A DNA stretch of 64,000 nt from Savitreella phatthalungensis (GCA_051599415.1 AP039693.1:372001-436000); one strand, 5' to 3'; positions 20,311 to 32,019 are shown, counted from the first letter of the stretch. The notes: generated by a model from the sequence alone, not told the origin. Made by a program: numbers and translations.

Positions 20311-22806
20311 ATGACCACGAGACAGACGCCGATGATGGGCATCCCTCTCAAGGTCACCGAAGACGTCGACTTGGCCACACCTCTTAGACATTACATTCGT
20401 GCCAACTATGGAACAAATGAAAAGTATGCTGAAGAATGCAAAGCTATCTCTAGACTTCGGCAAGATATGCGCGGTGCTGCCAAAGACACAATGGGCAGAG
20501 ATCTGTGTTATCGCTACTACGGCCAGCTCGAACTGCTGGAGCTCAGGTTCCAAATCGATGAGGACCACATTCGTATCAATTTCACATGGTTTGATGCGTT
20601 CACAGATGTCGACATCTCCCAGTACTCACTCGCATATGAGAAAGCATGCGTCCTCTTCAACCTCACAGCGATCTTGAGCGCAATAGCTCTCGGTCAGCAA
20701 AGGTCAACTCAGGAGGGGATGAAGAAAGCCTACCACTCGTTTCAGGCTGCTGCTGGACTGCTTAACTTCATCAACGACAACTTCATGCATGCTCCTTCAA
20801 CAGATCTCTCACGGGATGTGGTGAAAATGATCGCCACAGTGATGCTCGCGCAAGCACAGGAAGTCTTTACTGAAAAACAAATTCGCGACTCTGGCAAGCC
20901 TACAATTATTGCCAAGCTGTGCGCTCAGGCCCAGTCGCTCTACTTTGATGCCAATGAAGCGCTCACCGAGCTTGTGCTTGCCGGCCACATTGATCGTCAT
21001 TGGTCGCACTACTGCTTTGTTAAAGACAAGTTCTTTGGAGCTTTGGCTCAGCATTATCAGGGTGTAGCCGAGGAAGAGAAATCCCACTATGGCGAGGCTG
21101 TCGCACGGTTCGCAGCTGCAGCGGCTCTTGCCAAGGAAGCCCACGCGAATGCAAAATCGTACAGTGGCGACTTTGGCAGATATCCGCATCTATCTGTCGA
21201 TCCTGGCCCGGGTCTAGTAGAAGTCACAAAGACCTACCTCGATCTCCTCAACGAGAAGCTGGCTGCAAGCAAGAAGGAGAACGACGTCATCTATCACGAC
21301 GTCGTGCCGAAGGAATCGGCGCTTTCAGCAATACCGAAGCTAGTCTCTGCAAAACCGATTTCCCTACACGATCTTTACGCTGGACAAGACGTTGGTCAGG
21401 TCATCGGTCCGGACATCTTCCAAAAGCTGGTGCCCATGTCGGTACACGAGTCTGCGTCAGTCTACACGGAAGAAATCGCGAAGATGCTTCGCAATGAGCA
21501 AGAGAAAGCAGACATCGCGGAAACTGAGTTGGCAACAGCACTCGACTATCTTGGTCTTCCGCGAGCCCTTCATCAGTTCAAGCAGAATGACGAGCAGCTC
21601 GAGCGCGATTTTGTCAGCATCCCTGCTGCATTGCGCGATTCTACCGACAGTATCCATGCGCAGCAGCGCCAGAAACCGCTGCAATCCACCTTTGACGAGA
21701 TCGCACGGCTTCGCGCCTCAGTTCGTGACTTGCTCGCAAGCGCAGCTCGATCTCTTGATGAGGAACAGAAGCAATGCGAGCATATGCGTGCCAAGTTTCA
21801 AGGTATCTGGACTCAGCGTCCAAGCTCGGAAGTGAATGGCAATATGCGGCAAGATATTGACAATTTCCTTCGGTCACTCGATCAGGCGGGCCAAAGCGAC
21901 GAGCAAATGCAGCGCGAATTCGCCTCCGTTCGTGCCGAACTCGACGAGCTTGCTGTATCCGATGTGGAAGGCATCCTTGCCGCCATGGCCTCGGAGGCAA
22001 AGACAGGTGTTTCCAGCCAACCACGTCTGCAGCCGACAGGCAATGCTGCCAGTCTCTTGGATTTAATGGACGAGCCGGTCGCCGGTCCGGACGTTTCGGC
22101 GTCAAATGCATCCGATGCTATTGCTATCAAGGTTGACCAAGTCGATGATCTTGTCCGAAAGCTCAACTTTGTCAAGAAAGAGCGAGCACAGACACTCGCG
22201 GACTTGAAGGAGAAAGCCCGCAATGATGATATCTCGGACGTGCTCGTGCTAAACAAACGGCATCCCGGCATAGAGCAAAGAGTCTTCCAAGCAGAATTGG
22301 AGAAATTCCGACCGCATCAGACCCGGTTGCAAGCTCTTGTGTCGCGGCAAGAGCAGATCCTTGAGGAACTGCAAGCTACATTCGCCGAAGTTCTGCAAGA
22401 TAAGTCACAACAGGACAAGGTTCGCCGTTGGGACATCGCGCGGAAGCGACGCGATGAAAAGCTTAGCAAGCTCGATCTCGCCTGCAAGTTATACCCAGGG
22501 CTCACTCAGGGCACTGCACGTGCATCAAAGTTTTACAGTGACCTTGATGGCCTGGCAAAGCGGACGGAAGCTGCTGTTAAGCAATTCATCACTGCCCGTC
22601 AAAACGAAGGTCGTGAGATCCTCAATCGTCGTCAACAAGGCGCTGCAGGTCTATCGCACGGTTCAGGCGCACCTCCTGTACCGTCATATCGGTCTGCGCC
22701 GCCAACTCAGTCTCCAAGTGCAGGCACTAACTCGCTCCGTGCCGAGCTGGAAGGGCTCTCGCTGGGCAGTGTCAGTCAGGCTCCCCAGCAACCACGTCCA
22801 TACTAA
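20311..22806 (+). CDS. BRO1: ESCRT-associated Bro1 (BRO1 domain, V domain, Pro-rich tail)
   Basis: RYYGQLELLELRF, FTWFDAF, SQYSLAYEKACVLFN, FMHAPSTDLS, KENDVIYH and IGPDIFQKLVPMSVHESASVY. ATG at 20311. Confidence 0.95.
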   Translation: MTTRQTPMMGIPLKVTEDVDLATPLRHYIRANYGTNEKYAEECKAISRLRQDMRGAAKDTMGRDLCYRYYGQLELLELRFQIDEDHIRINFTWFDAFTDVDISQYSLAYEKACVLFNLTAILSAIALGQQRSTQEGMKKAYHSFQAAAGLLNFINDNFMHAPSTDLSRDVVKMIATVMLAQAQEVFTEKQIRDSGKPTIIAKLCAQAQSLYFDANEALTELVLAGHIDRHWSHYCFVKDKFFGALAQHYQGVAEEEKSHYGEAVARFAAAAALAKEAHANAKSYSGDFGRYPHLSVDPGPGLVEVTKTYLDLLNEKLAASKKENDVIYHDVVPKESALSAIPKLVSAKPISLHDLYAGQDVGQVIGPDIFQKLVPMSVHESASVYTEEIAKMLRNEQEKADIAETELATALDYLGLPRALHQFKQNDEQLERDFVSIPAALRDSTDSIHAQQRQKPLQSTFDEIARLRASVRDLLASAARSLDEEQKQCEHMRAKFQGIWTQRPSSEVNGNMRQDIDNFLRSLDQAGQSDEQMQREFASVRAELDELAVSDVEGILAAMASEAKTGVSSQPRLQPTGNAASLLDLMDEPVAGPDVSASNASDAIAIKVDQVDDLVRKLNFVKKERAQTLADLKEKARNDDISDVLVLNKRHPGIEQRVFQAELEKFRPHQTRLQALVSRQEQILEELQATFAEVLQDKSQQDKVRRWDIARKRRDEKLSKLDLACKLYPGLTQGTARASKFYSDLDGLAKRTEAAVKQFITARQNEGREILNRRQQGAAGLSHGSGAPPVPSYRSAPPTQSPSAGTNSLRAELEGLSLGSVSQAPQQPRPY

Positions 22807-22844
22807 CTTAGCTCGTCGAGCGATCAATTCTGATACGTGTACAA

Positions 22845-23375
22845 TTATAGTCCGCCGATGTAGTAGTCTGCCTGGAGGTGCATCCAGATAATGCTTGTGG
22901 CTAAGAATTGTGTCAGCATACCTTTATCTGATAATGGTCTTCTGTCTGCTTACTCGCAACAACGAAAGGTGATAGGCTTCCCCTATTACTCGTCCTGAAC
23001 AAGATTGTTTCACTTGCGAAGTGTCCCAGAGCAATATAGAATGTCCACAGGCATAGCTTGTAGACAGCTGTCTCGTTCAGGTGTCTCGAGGCCATAGCGC
23101 GAACGAGTGCCGAAGTCAAGGTCCACACACCGAATGTCCTAGCACCAAGCTTTGTCACTGAGTCATAGTCAGTAGCCGCAATTTTACATAGCCCAAAGTG
23201 CGTGCTTGATACCTTGAGATGGAGCGTTATCATAGACGCGTCGAGTGAAGCTAAGCGTAATGTAATTCTGAATCGTGTTGAAGATCGCAACCGCCGACAC
23301 GAACGACAGCCACAGAGGCAGCTTATCGGTCGCCGGGTCGATCACATCAGCAATGAAATTCTTGAGCGAATCCAT
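22845..23375 (-). CDS. ERG28: Ergosterol biosynthesis scaffold Erg28 (3 exons)
   Basis: LPLWLSFVS..AIFNTIQNY, VTKLGARTFGVWT, HFASE and PFVVATTSIIWM. Introns at 23158-23212 and 22901-22953. Confidence 0.92.
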
Positions 23376-23632
23376 TCTTTCTGATTCCCAACGTCGATCG
23401 AGCAGACAGTCGGTCTTTTGAAACGATTCGAGTCCGCTGAAAGGAGCTCGTTAGACGCGTCTAATTCTCGTGTGTGGAGCCGGCGTTGGGCCTGCCAGCT
23501 GCACAGGGCATGGAGCACGACACTTTGAGACCATTCGCTGTTGAAATGAGACCAAGAGACGCATTCGACTGACTTCAGACAGTTACTGCAGCGCGGCCAC
23601 ACCGCCGATTCGCGAGTGGAACACGTCTGGCA

Positions 23633-24412
23633 ATGACTGGCAGACAGAGTACTGCTGATTTGCCGCTGTACAGCGATGTCACAATTGAGCCCGACGTCCA
23701 AGGACGTCCATCGCTGGAGGACGCTGCACTGCTAGCGACCGACCCACTTGCAGCCCCATCTTCGCATGTGCCTGCGACAAATGTACCTACTGCATCAGCA
23801 TCGATCTCGTCTGCGGACCTACGTCACCGGTATACAGGCCCGCCGACCTTGGACGAACCCATCCTCACCACCGTCCTCGCAGACGGCAGAGCTATCGGTC
23901 GCAGACTTCTCCAGGTCCTCTATCCACCATACTCTCCGCCGTCCTCCGCCACACCGGACGCAGGCGCAGACTGGGATCTCTGGGGACCGATGGTGGTGAC
24001 GCTGGTGATGTCAGTCGCGATCGCATACAGGGGAGGTGGTGAACGTGGTCAGCAGTCTTCCGGTGTGTTTGCTGGCGTGTTTGCGCTCTGCTGGGCGGGT
24101 TTCGGTGCGTGTGCAGGGAACGTCGGCCTCCTAGGTGGCAAGACACACGTCCTCGGAGGTGTGTGCACGATGGGATATGCGCTAGCACCGCTCGCCGCAG
24201 CCGCCGTCCTTGGAGCCTTCTTCGCGACCCTGTGGGTAAGGGTACCTGTGGCAGGAGCGGCGTGCGCCTGGAGCATCTGGGCGTCCATCAGACAGCTTCA
24301 GACAGACGAGGCCGTCGCCCGAGATCTGCAAGGCAGGAAGGCATTGGCGATCTTTCCCAACGCCCTCTTCTACGCTGTTGTCGCTTGGACTATCGTCGTC
24401 ATAGGCCGTTGA
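23633..24412 (+). CDS. YIP4: Yip1-domain protein (Yip4/YIPF6 type)
   Basis: TLDEPI..TV..D, DWDLWGP, several TM helices, GYALAPL and RKALAIFP. Confidence 0.85.
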   Translation: MTGRQSTADLPLYSDVTIEPDVQGRPSLEDAALLATDPLAAPSSHVPATNVPTASASISSADLRHRYTGPPTLDEPILTTVLADGRAIGRRLLQVLYPPYSPPSSATPDAGADWDLWGPMVVTLVMSVAIAYRGGGERGQQSSGVFAGVFALCWAGFGACAGNVGLLGGKTHVLGGVCTMGYALAPLAAAAVLGAFFATLWVRVPVAGAACAWSIWASIRQLQTDEAVARDLQGRKALAIFPNALFYAVVAWTIVVIGR

Positions 24413-24528
24413 CACACGCACGACCGAGATTGACCAGATTATGAAACCTTCATTAGACTTGAGGACGGGGAATTATGCTAGAGCTATGCAAATAACGACA
24501 AAACGTGTGCCTAGGCGTGGGGAAGTGG

Positions 24529-26709
24529 TCATGGGCCGATTGATGGGTTGCCGCGAGAGAAGCTGGTAGCTCGACGGAGTGCGAGTGTACTACGCTCCAG
24601 CGTCAGATCCCATTCGGCGAAAGGCGAAGGTTGTGAGATGTGTGTTCGAGAAGCGTCGAGGTGGATCAGTGCAGGGCTTGTGTCCGTCGACGTCGCAGCC
24701 GAGATTGAGGGCTCACTGACGCGTCGATCAATGGTCAGCGGCGAATCGAAACTGTTGGTCAAATAAATTGATGAGACAGGATCGCTCATTAGTGAATCGA
24801 GTTCCGCTGAGGATCTGAGAAACGCAGTAGGATCGAACCATGTGGATACGTCCGGCGACCCAGCGAGGCTGTCGGGATTCGACCATTGAGCACTTTGTGA
24901 GCCTTGATCAGAAATGCGTTTGAGTCCTTCCAGGGACGAGATTGGTCCAGACCAAGACCGAGATTGAGCATGCTTGCCCTTGCGTACGCTCGGCGCACCC
25001 TGATGCTTGGCTCGGCGTTTGGGTGCGGATGGCATGGTCATTTCGGCGGGGAGGATCACGTCGCTTGAAGTTGTGTTTGCGACTTGTGTGTTTGTGCGTT
25101 TTCTCGAATTCGAATTCTGCTGAGTGTCAAAAACGCGGTCCTTAAGATAGCGCGCTCTGATGCGTGGCTCAAGCAAGCGCTCAAGTCTCCGACACTCTGT
25201 CGTGCCAAGTGACCCGACCCACCAGATCCGACCTTCTTCACGAGCCATGAGACGGTAGAAATGCCAGGCTACGATCATCGCAGCAGGCCGTTCTTCTTCG
25301 AGCGCCTTCACGAATGCATCATCGAGAAGTGGCGGCCAGCTGAAAAGATCTTCTTGAGAAAGATCCGGCATTAAAACATGCAGACGGGCGAGTTGATTTA
25401 TGGCACGTGTGAATGCATGACGCCTCTCGTCAGCAGCTTCATGGTCCTCGGACGACTTGCTTTCTTTCTTCTCATTCTTCACGATATCCGGTAGTTCGCC
25501 AGACAGAAGATCTTCCAGAATGTAGCCTGTTGGTGGAACGAGCTGTTCCGATCGACGATTCGTCATGAGGATTGACCAGATGTTCGCATTTGCGTCGACA
25601 ACCTTGTAGAGCTCGTATGCGATGAATCTTATACCACGAAACATCTGAATCCAACCGTATGTGTTGGTTCGGCCGACACTGCCGCGACGATAGGCGATCT
25701 GTTGTTGCCATTGAGCTGCGTGCTGCTGCAACCATAGGGTTCCACCTGGGGTGACGACGGCCTGAGGGGGAGCTAAAGAGTCTGCGTGCGCGCCAGTCGA
25801 CGAAAGTGAGTCGTGACCGCTGCTTTCCTCCGACGAATTGGAATTAGTTGGCAGAAGAGATGGTGTCCTCGTCTGAGCAGCTGCAGCAGCTGCTGTGGCA
25901 TCTTTGTGCTCAAGTGATTCATCGACATCGACCATGGTCCATGATTGAAGAGCGAGCAGAATGGATGTGGCCATTAGTGCTTCTGCATTGTTCTTGACAA
26001 CGCCAGGATTAATAAGCTCTCGTTGATATAGCTCGAGAGCTCGTTGCCGCTGATCGTCGATATAACGCTCGGTGGCTGTCTCATCTGCTAGCGAAGGTAG
26101 TTTGCGATCATTCTGCGGCCCGACCTGCTGCTGCTGCTCTTGCGGTGAGCGTGGTGTGCCGAACCCACTGTGAGCGCTGAAGATGTCGAGATCTTCCCGC
26201 ATCGCAAGTCTGTGACTCGCTGTGACGCAAAAGATGGCATGCAACAGGAATGGGTGGGTAAAAGCCAGTTTCGGCACAAGCTCTTTCCAGGTCTCTGAGC
26301 AATAAAGTTCTGGAGCAGTCTTGGTTTCCCACGTGTAGATGAGTGAGCACTCGAGTACCGGATTGCGTTTTCTTGAACTGGTCAGTGGTGGCGTATTGTC
26401 ACTTCCACTGCTGTAATGGCGACGGGTATCAGCTGCGTTACCGTCTGCCTGACTTGCAAGAGCTGCAGCTGCGGCTGCAGCGGCTTTGCGCTGCGAAGCG
26501 GCAAACTCGCCGTTGAGCGCAAGTTGTGTCGGTGTTGGAAGGTAGACGCACTCGAGCCCTAACTTGACGCATTCTGCACATGTAGGCTTTTCTTCGGGAC
26601 ACTTGACCCGCCGCTTCTTACATTGTGCACAGCCGCGGCGAGACTTGGTGTGTGTGCGTCTCTTACGGCTGTCGTAGGCATTCATATTTGTGCGCGCGTC
26701 GTCAGACAT
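24529..26709 (-). CDS. Zn(II)2Cys6 transcription factor, Upc2/Ecm22-like
   Basis: RRTHTKSRRGCAQCKKRRVKCPEEKPTCAECVKLGLECVY, plus the W...VPKLAFTHPFLLHAIF...ASH region typical of Upc2-like factors. Confidence 0.85.
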   Translation of the reverse strand: MSDDARTNMNAYDSRKRRTHTKSRRGCAQCKKRRVKCPEEKPTCAECVKLGLECVYLPTPTQLALNGEFAASQRKAAAAAAAALASQADGNAADTRRHYSSGSDNTPPLTSSRKRNPVLECSLIYTWETKTAPELYCSETWKELVPKLAFTHPFLLHAIFCVTASHRLAMREDLDIFSAHSGFGTPRSPQEQQQQVGPQNDRKLPSLADETATERYIDDQRQRALELYQRELINPGVVKNNAEALMATSILLALQSWTMVDVDESLEHKDATAAAAAAQTRTPSLLPTNSNSSEESSGHDSLSSTGAHADSLAPPQAVVTPGGTLWLQQHAAQWQQQIAYRRGSVGRTNTYGWIQMFRGIRFIAYELYKVVDANANIWSILMTNRRSEQLVPPTGYILEDLLSGELPDIVKNEKKESKSSEDHEAADERRHAFTRAINQLARLHVLMPDLSQEDLFSWPPLLDDAFVKALEEERPAAMIVAWHFYRLMAREEGRIWWVGSLGTTECRRLERLLEPRIRARYLKDRVFDTQQNSNSRKRTNTQVANTTSSDVILPAEMTMPSAPKRRAKHQGAPSVRKGKHAQSRSWSGPISSLEGLKRISDQGSQSAQWSNPDSLAGSPDVSTWFDPTAFLRSSAELDSLMSDPVSSIYLTNSFDSPLTIDRRVSEPSISAATSTDTSPALIHLDASRTHISQPSPFAEWDLTLERSTLALRRATSFSRGNPSIGP

Positions 26710-28555
26710 CGGAATTAGCTGAATATTCTCTCAGGCCCAGCCATGAGTAGGACGCTTGAGGATGATATGTGCAATGGAAGCTTCCTGCTGACCTTAATGA
26801 GGAGGGTGAAGATATCTTGGAGAGGTTATGAGAGAGGATGACGGTTGTCCGGCATTACATTTTTTCTCCTCGTTGTCACGCTCATGTCATCAGCTTTCGA
26901 AGATCGACCGCCGGCTCTCCACAGTGAAAGCCGACTGTGCGGTTGGAGACGAGGAGATCGAGTTGGAGCACGAGCAAAATGGTAAATGGGTAGAATGAAG
27001 CGGTAGAGATTCCTGTTCTGGCTGAAGAGCCTGTATGGACTCGGTTCTTGGCAAAGCCACCAAGCTGCTCAGAACGAACAACTATTCTTTCACAAGCTGG
27101 AGCGATCTTTCAAGGACCACTGAAGTACAGATGAGCGATGTGGAGGAACTGAATGGCGGACAGATATGAAGCGCTTGTCGGGATGGCGCACGCCACTGTG
27201 ATAACTCCACAAGGTCTATTAGGAGCATCAATAGAAGTTGACGTGAATTGATTGTGGTGAGTACAAACAGATATCTTACTAACACGAGAAGCGAATCTAG
27301 TACGGCGTCTGGATCATGTCGCCTCTCTTTCTCTAGAGCTCTTTCCATACGATATTCATTGTCGTCTTGAACTAGTGTTCTACAGCGTTCAGATGGAATT
27401 TGATTGTGGTCGGATCTCTTGACTACTCAGATTGCATGCATGGTTATTGGACCGAATGGACAACGTGGTCATTTTGGCCGACCTCTTTCAACCATTCGGC
27501 AGCCGATATTCCACGACTGGTGATCATTGTGAATCTAGCCATCTTTCCCTCATACAATATCGTAACACTTTGTCTGATAGAATACTTTGATAGAGCGTCA
27601 ATGCGCATCTCCATCTATGTACGTGAGTCTGATGTATGTGGGTATGCATCTGTGCGCGCGGGCGGCTGAGCGCTCGTACGTGTGCTTGATGGGAGTTTAG
27701 TTATAGAGTCTATTTTTATACCCACCAATGATCACGCTGATAAATGACACAGACGAGACTGTAAGCAATAACGAGGCCTTTCCGATTGGCTGAACGCGAT
27801 CTACAAATGACTTCAAATCCTCATCGTTCACCCGCGTGGCTTTTCCAAATAATTTCAGCTCGGAATTGGCTAGGCTTGCTTGTACACGGCATTTGAAAAG
27901 TGTACGTAGCAGAGCTCACGAGCAGCACAGAATCAGGACGATACCAGTTTACTGCCTTCCGCCAATCAGCGGTCTACAGGTATACCCAGGTCGACCATGT
28001 AAGTCCTTCCTGTCGACTCTTCCAATGCTGGCACACCGTACAATGCTAGTACTTCACTGACGGGATGATGTGCCGTGCGCCGCTACAGCCGCTAGCACCG
28101 CCTCTGCGCGAGCCACAAGTCACTCGTCTGCTAGATACACTACTTTGCTTCATGTGTAGTCCAACGCTGCCGCAGCGGGTAGGTCAAAACGTTTCTTCCA
28201 TTATTAACATGTGAAAGTGTCCAGTCAAGACTGTCGACTGAACGAGAAGTCCAATGGTTGCACCAAGACGGATGAAATCATGCACACACAAACCTTTTGG
28301 ATCACCTTGTGTGTCTCTCTCTTTCTCCACAATCGAATGCATATGCTTTTGCTTTCTTAGTCCAAACTTCTCTCCAACCTTTGTCTTGCCTACGATTTGT
28401 TCGACCTGAAGCTGGGCCACTGCTCTCGATGGGCCAGTCTCAATCAACGATGCCGAGATTGGCGAGCTCGGCGGCGAATCAATGACGACTTTGGAGGTTT
28501 GGGCCGACAGAGGGGGAAGTGAATGTCTAGCCAAGACGAACTCATTTTCAACTCC

Positions 28556-30562
28556 TCAGTCGTCATCAGAGTCGCTACTTGTGTCACTGTCACTGTCGTC
28601 TGTGTCATCGTCGTCATCGTCATCGTCAGAGCTCGAATACTCGTGCTCGCGGGGACCATCGCTGCCATTCAGGTGGTCGTGTCGCTTAACTGGCTGCCCC
28701 TTCAGCTGAGCCATTTGTCCTGCCAGCGAGTCCTCGTCAGGCTCGCTGATCTCATCCTCCTCCCTGACACGGCCTGACGACTTGAGTACTTCAGTCTCGT
28801 CCTGCACCTCGAGGACGAGCATGAGCTGCTTGTTAAGACCTCGGTATGTGTCTGAGATCAAGTGGAGTTGGAAGGTATAGACGCCAACGCCTGGCGGAGC
28901 TTGGAATTGGAGCTTATACGTTCGCACTTTCTCCCCAACGTCTTCTACAATGACTGGACCGATGATGACGCGGTCCTGCTTCGCGTCCACCATCGATAGC
29001 CAAAAGTGGTTCTTTGGCGGTGTCGGCAAGTACGGCGCCCATGCAAGCGTGTCTCTGACGGCCGAACCAGAGAAGAGCTCTTCCTGCTTCGCCACAGCCG
29101 TCACATCTGCCTCGTCAGCAGAGAACTCGGCAAGCTCCTTATCCTCGAGCGGCTTATCGCTTGCGCGGCGTAGCATGACGACTAATTGCACAAGCGCATT
29201 TGGTGTCACCCCGGCATCACCATCGACCTTGAAATGCGCCTTTCCAATTTCCAAATCTGGGACGCCAAGGGCGACACGAAGCCAATTGGCATATTGCGAA
29301 TCCGACAACTGACCACCTGATACTGACTTGGCCAACAGCTCTCGTCTTTCAGCATCGTCAACTTCCAGCAGATCCTGAATGCCTGCATCGATCTTGACGT
29401 CATTCCACGCCCGACCGATCTCCTTTGTTGCGTATGGCAGCTGGAGGGCAGCTGGCTCGTCCCAATACACGGCCTGCGCCAGACATGGAGATACTTGCAT
29501 CACCTTCAACGCGGTGTCGAGATAGCCGTAAGCAAGGACGATCTGGAGAAGACCCTTTTGCAAGTCGAGAATCTTGTCGAGCACGAGCGTTTGAGAAGGG
29601 ATTAACTTAGCCGGTACTGTGATCCGGCACATATGAGCATGCAGCAGTACCGAAGCAGGCGAAGGGTTGTCGCTCAGCGCAGTTGGCCGAGCAACTTTCA
29701 CTTTCTCGGCCAAATCATGAAGCTCTGTTTCTGTTTCGTGATCATGTGTCGATAGGCTGGCATACTCTTGAGCATCGCACAATACCCGAACGATCTCGTC
29801 ATAGGTCATCCGTGCCTTGATCGCCTTGAAATACGTCTCAGCAGTGCCTGTCAGAAGCCCGTCTTTCGTCACTGCAGAGGACTTGTACCACCAGCGACCA
29901 ACGAGCAAAGGCAATCCAATCAGCAGTGTGACACAGTAGGCGCCAAGAACCCACAAGCTCGATCCACCCTGGACGATCCAGGTCGGCAGGGCAATTCCTA
30001 CTGCAAGATCCTGTCTGCCATCGGGATGACCATATTCAATGTAGTTCTGGCGAATTTCTTCATCCGTCAGAGCCTTGTAAGCCTTTGTGAGCTCAACGAA
30101 CTGCTTCTCGACCATCTCCATCGTCTGATTTGCTGTGAGACGGACCTTGTCCGGGTGAAACTTGATGGACAGGCGCTTGAAATGTCTTTTGATTTCCTTC
30201 TCTGTTGCACTTGTGGCAATGCCGAGGATCTCATAAGGGTCGTAGAATGTTTGTTCGCGTTTAGTGTTGATCACCTTGTGGGCAAGATAGGCAACTGTCG
30301 CCCAACCACCAACCAGCAGGGCTGTTTTGACCGACAAGACACTGGTCACCAGTGACTTCGAAGTCGCGGACGCAGGACGACCTCTGACGAGCTCGTTTCG
30401 GAGCTCATCGTCCTGAACTTGGACCGGAAACGCCTTTGTGGCCTCGTTTTTGCTTCTCCGTGGACGCACAGACCTGTAAGTGACTGGGGCTAGGATGAGC
30501 AAAAGGAAGGTCATGACGACCAAATTGAAAAGGTCGCCTGTCGAGTCATACTCGTACTGCAT
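28556..30562 (-). CDS. SEC63: Translocon subunit Sec63 (J domain plus Brl/Sec63 domain)
   Basis: MQYEYD, TM helices, DPYEILGI...KFHPDK J domain, YGHPDG, GIALP, FQAPP..G.YTF and an acidic tail. Confidence 0.97.
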   Translation of the reverse strand: MQYEYDSTGDLFNLVVMTFLLLILAPVTYRSVRPRRSKNEATKAFPVQVQDDELRNELVRGRPASATSKSLVTSVLSVKTALLVGGWATVAYLAHKVINTKREQTFYDPYEILGIATSATEKEIKRHFKRLSIKFHPDKVRLTANQTMEMVEKQFVELTKAYKALTDEEIRQNYIEYGHPDGRQDLAVGIALPTWIVQGGSSLWVLGAYCVTLLIGLPLLVGRWWYKSSAVTKDGLLTGTAETYFKAIKARMTYDEIVRVLCDAQEYASLSTHDHETETELHDLAEKVKVARPTALSDNPSPASVLLHAHMCRITVPAKLIPSQTLVLDKILDLQKGLLQIVLAYGYLDTALKVMQVSPCLAQAVYWDEPAALQLPYATKEIGRAWNDVKIDAGIQDLLEVDDAERRELLAKSVSGGQLSDSQYANWLRVALGVPDLEIGKAHFKVDGDAGVTPNALVQLVVMLRRASDKPLEDKELAEFSADEADVTAVAKQEELFSGSAVRDTLAWAPYLPTPPKNHFWLSMVDAKQDRVIIGPVIVEDVGEKVRTYKLQFQAPPGVGVYTFQLHLISDTYRGLNKQLMLVLEVQDETEVLKSSGRVREEDEISEPDEDSLAGQMAQLKGQPVKRHDHLNGSDGPREHEYSSSDDDDDDDDTDDSDSDTSSDSDDD

Positions 30563-31198
30563 CTTGAGCAGGATGGCAGCTTCAACAAACGAGGACTGCC
30601 TCCTTACACTTGCGCCCTTCTGCTCCTAATGCAGGCGGAGATCTCGACTGTCGATCGCGTTCTAGGGTGGTAAATCTTCAGACGTGTCGTCCGCGCGCAA
30701 ACGAGAGAACTTTACGTTTCAGTAGAATTTGGGAGATTTACTGCAGTGTCGCTTCAAACGTTGCAGGATGCACGCCTGTGCACCATGCAGCTCAGGTGCA
30801 TGCACATTCGATTGAAATTGAAAACTTAGAAAACTCGACCTCTTTCCAGCCGCAAAATTGCAGCAGTCGATCTGAGTGGAAAAGAGAACTCCCAGAAGAC
30901 ACGTGTGACGGTACCCAAGGGCTCGAATGCACAGGTGCTCGGCGTGGGCTTCAAGCCGAGCGTTCCTCCGGTCACGTCACGAAGGACGTCTCCACTACGT
31001 CTGCATAGCGCTGCCAACTGTACGAGTCTCAATTGACCCCTTTATACATATTGTGACGATCTCTTGATTGACACAGCGAGAGGCTAATGATGCAGAAACA
31101 CGCGCGAGTCAACACGCCAGAATCAGTATAGAACTGAACGGAAAATTGCATACATGTCGTGAAAGTGCTGTCTACAAGCGTGCTCGCCATGCTCATCA

Positions 31199-31650
31199 TC
31201 ATGCATCCAGGTTGATGCTGTCGCCAAACTTGCTCTATCCCTAGGTCAGCATAACTCGTTCTCAGAACCAGACAAACGCACGGCCTTCCTTACCTTTAGC
31301 TTGACCTTAAGCTTCTCCATATCATCGCGGATGCCGCTAACATCAGCCTCGAGCTTGTCACATTCTGATTCCACCTCACGTCTCTTTCCTGTAAGGCGAG
31401 ATTTGGCGACCAATAGCGGAAGATGTGCAAACGTGTCCCCAACTTTGTACATCACCAGCTCATCATCGTCAGCCAGCTCCAGCTCGCCCTCCAGATCATC
31501 GAGATATTCTTTCTCCTGCGTTTGGAGCTTAAGGTCCTCTTCGGTGTTGTTCAGTCGAGCGACAAGCTTGCTGAAGGTATTGATCATTGATTGATCCTCC
31601 CATGTGACCGACTCTGATACCTCTTCAGACTTCTCTAGCATACGCGACAT
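31199..31650 (-). CDS. GIM3: Prefoldin subunit 4
   Basis: VTWEDQSMINTFSKL and ELADDDELVMYKVGDTF. A 3' intron (gtaagg..ctgac..tag) joins the last exon SKFGDSINLDA*. Confidence 0.92.
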
Positions 31651-31892
31651 AGCCGCTCTAGTCAATTAGCTCTGTAGTCACGACTACCAAGCGAACCGAT
31701 GATATTTCGGACTTCCTGCACTGTAAAAGACCACAAAATCTGTGAGATGTGCTGAGCGTCTCGTATACTCATTCCAGTAACCTGGGTATTGAGTGTATGA
31801 CCGGGTGTAACTTGCACATTCACGTGAGGAAATGTCATAGATTTCTAAATTTGGGTCGAAACAGTTTTCATTTTAAATGAGCTTCCGGTACG

Positions 31893-31905
31893 CCAATCAA
31901 CGCGT
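31893..31905. promoter_or_regulatory. Adjacent CCAAT box and MCB (ACGCGT) in the GIM3/TBCB divergent promoter
   Basis: ccaatcaacgcgt lies between two head-to-head genes. These are short motifs and function is unproven. Confidence 0.3.
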
Positions 31906-32019
31906 CAAACTCGAGATCGGGCACACTCCCGGCATCTTGTTCGAGACAGTCGGTCATCGACCGTGAGCAGCCTTCTTATCGTGCACTGACTTCAAAGGCT
32001 ACATTTGAAAGTGTACGAT

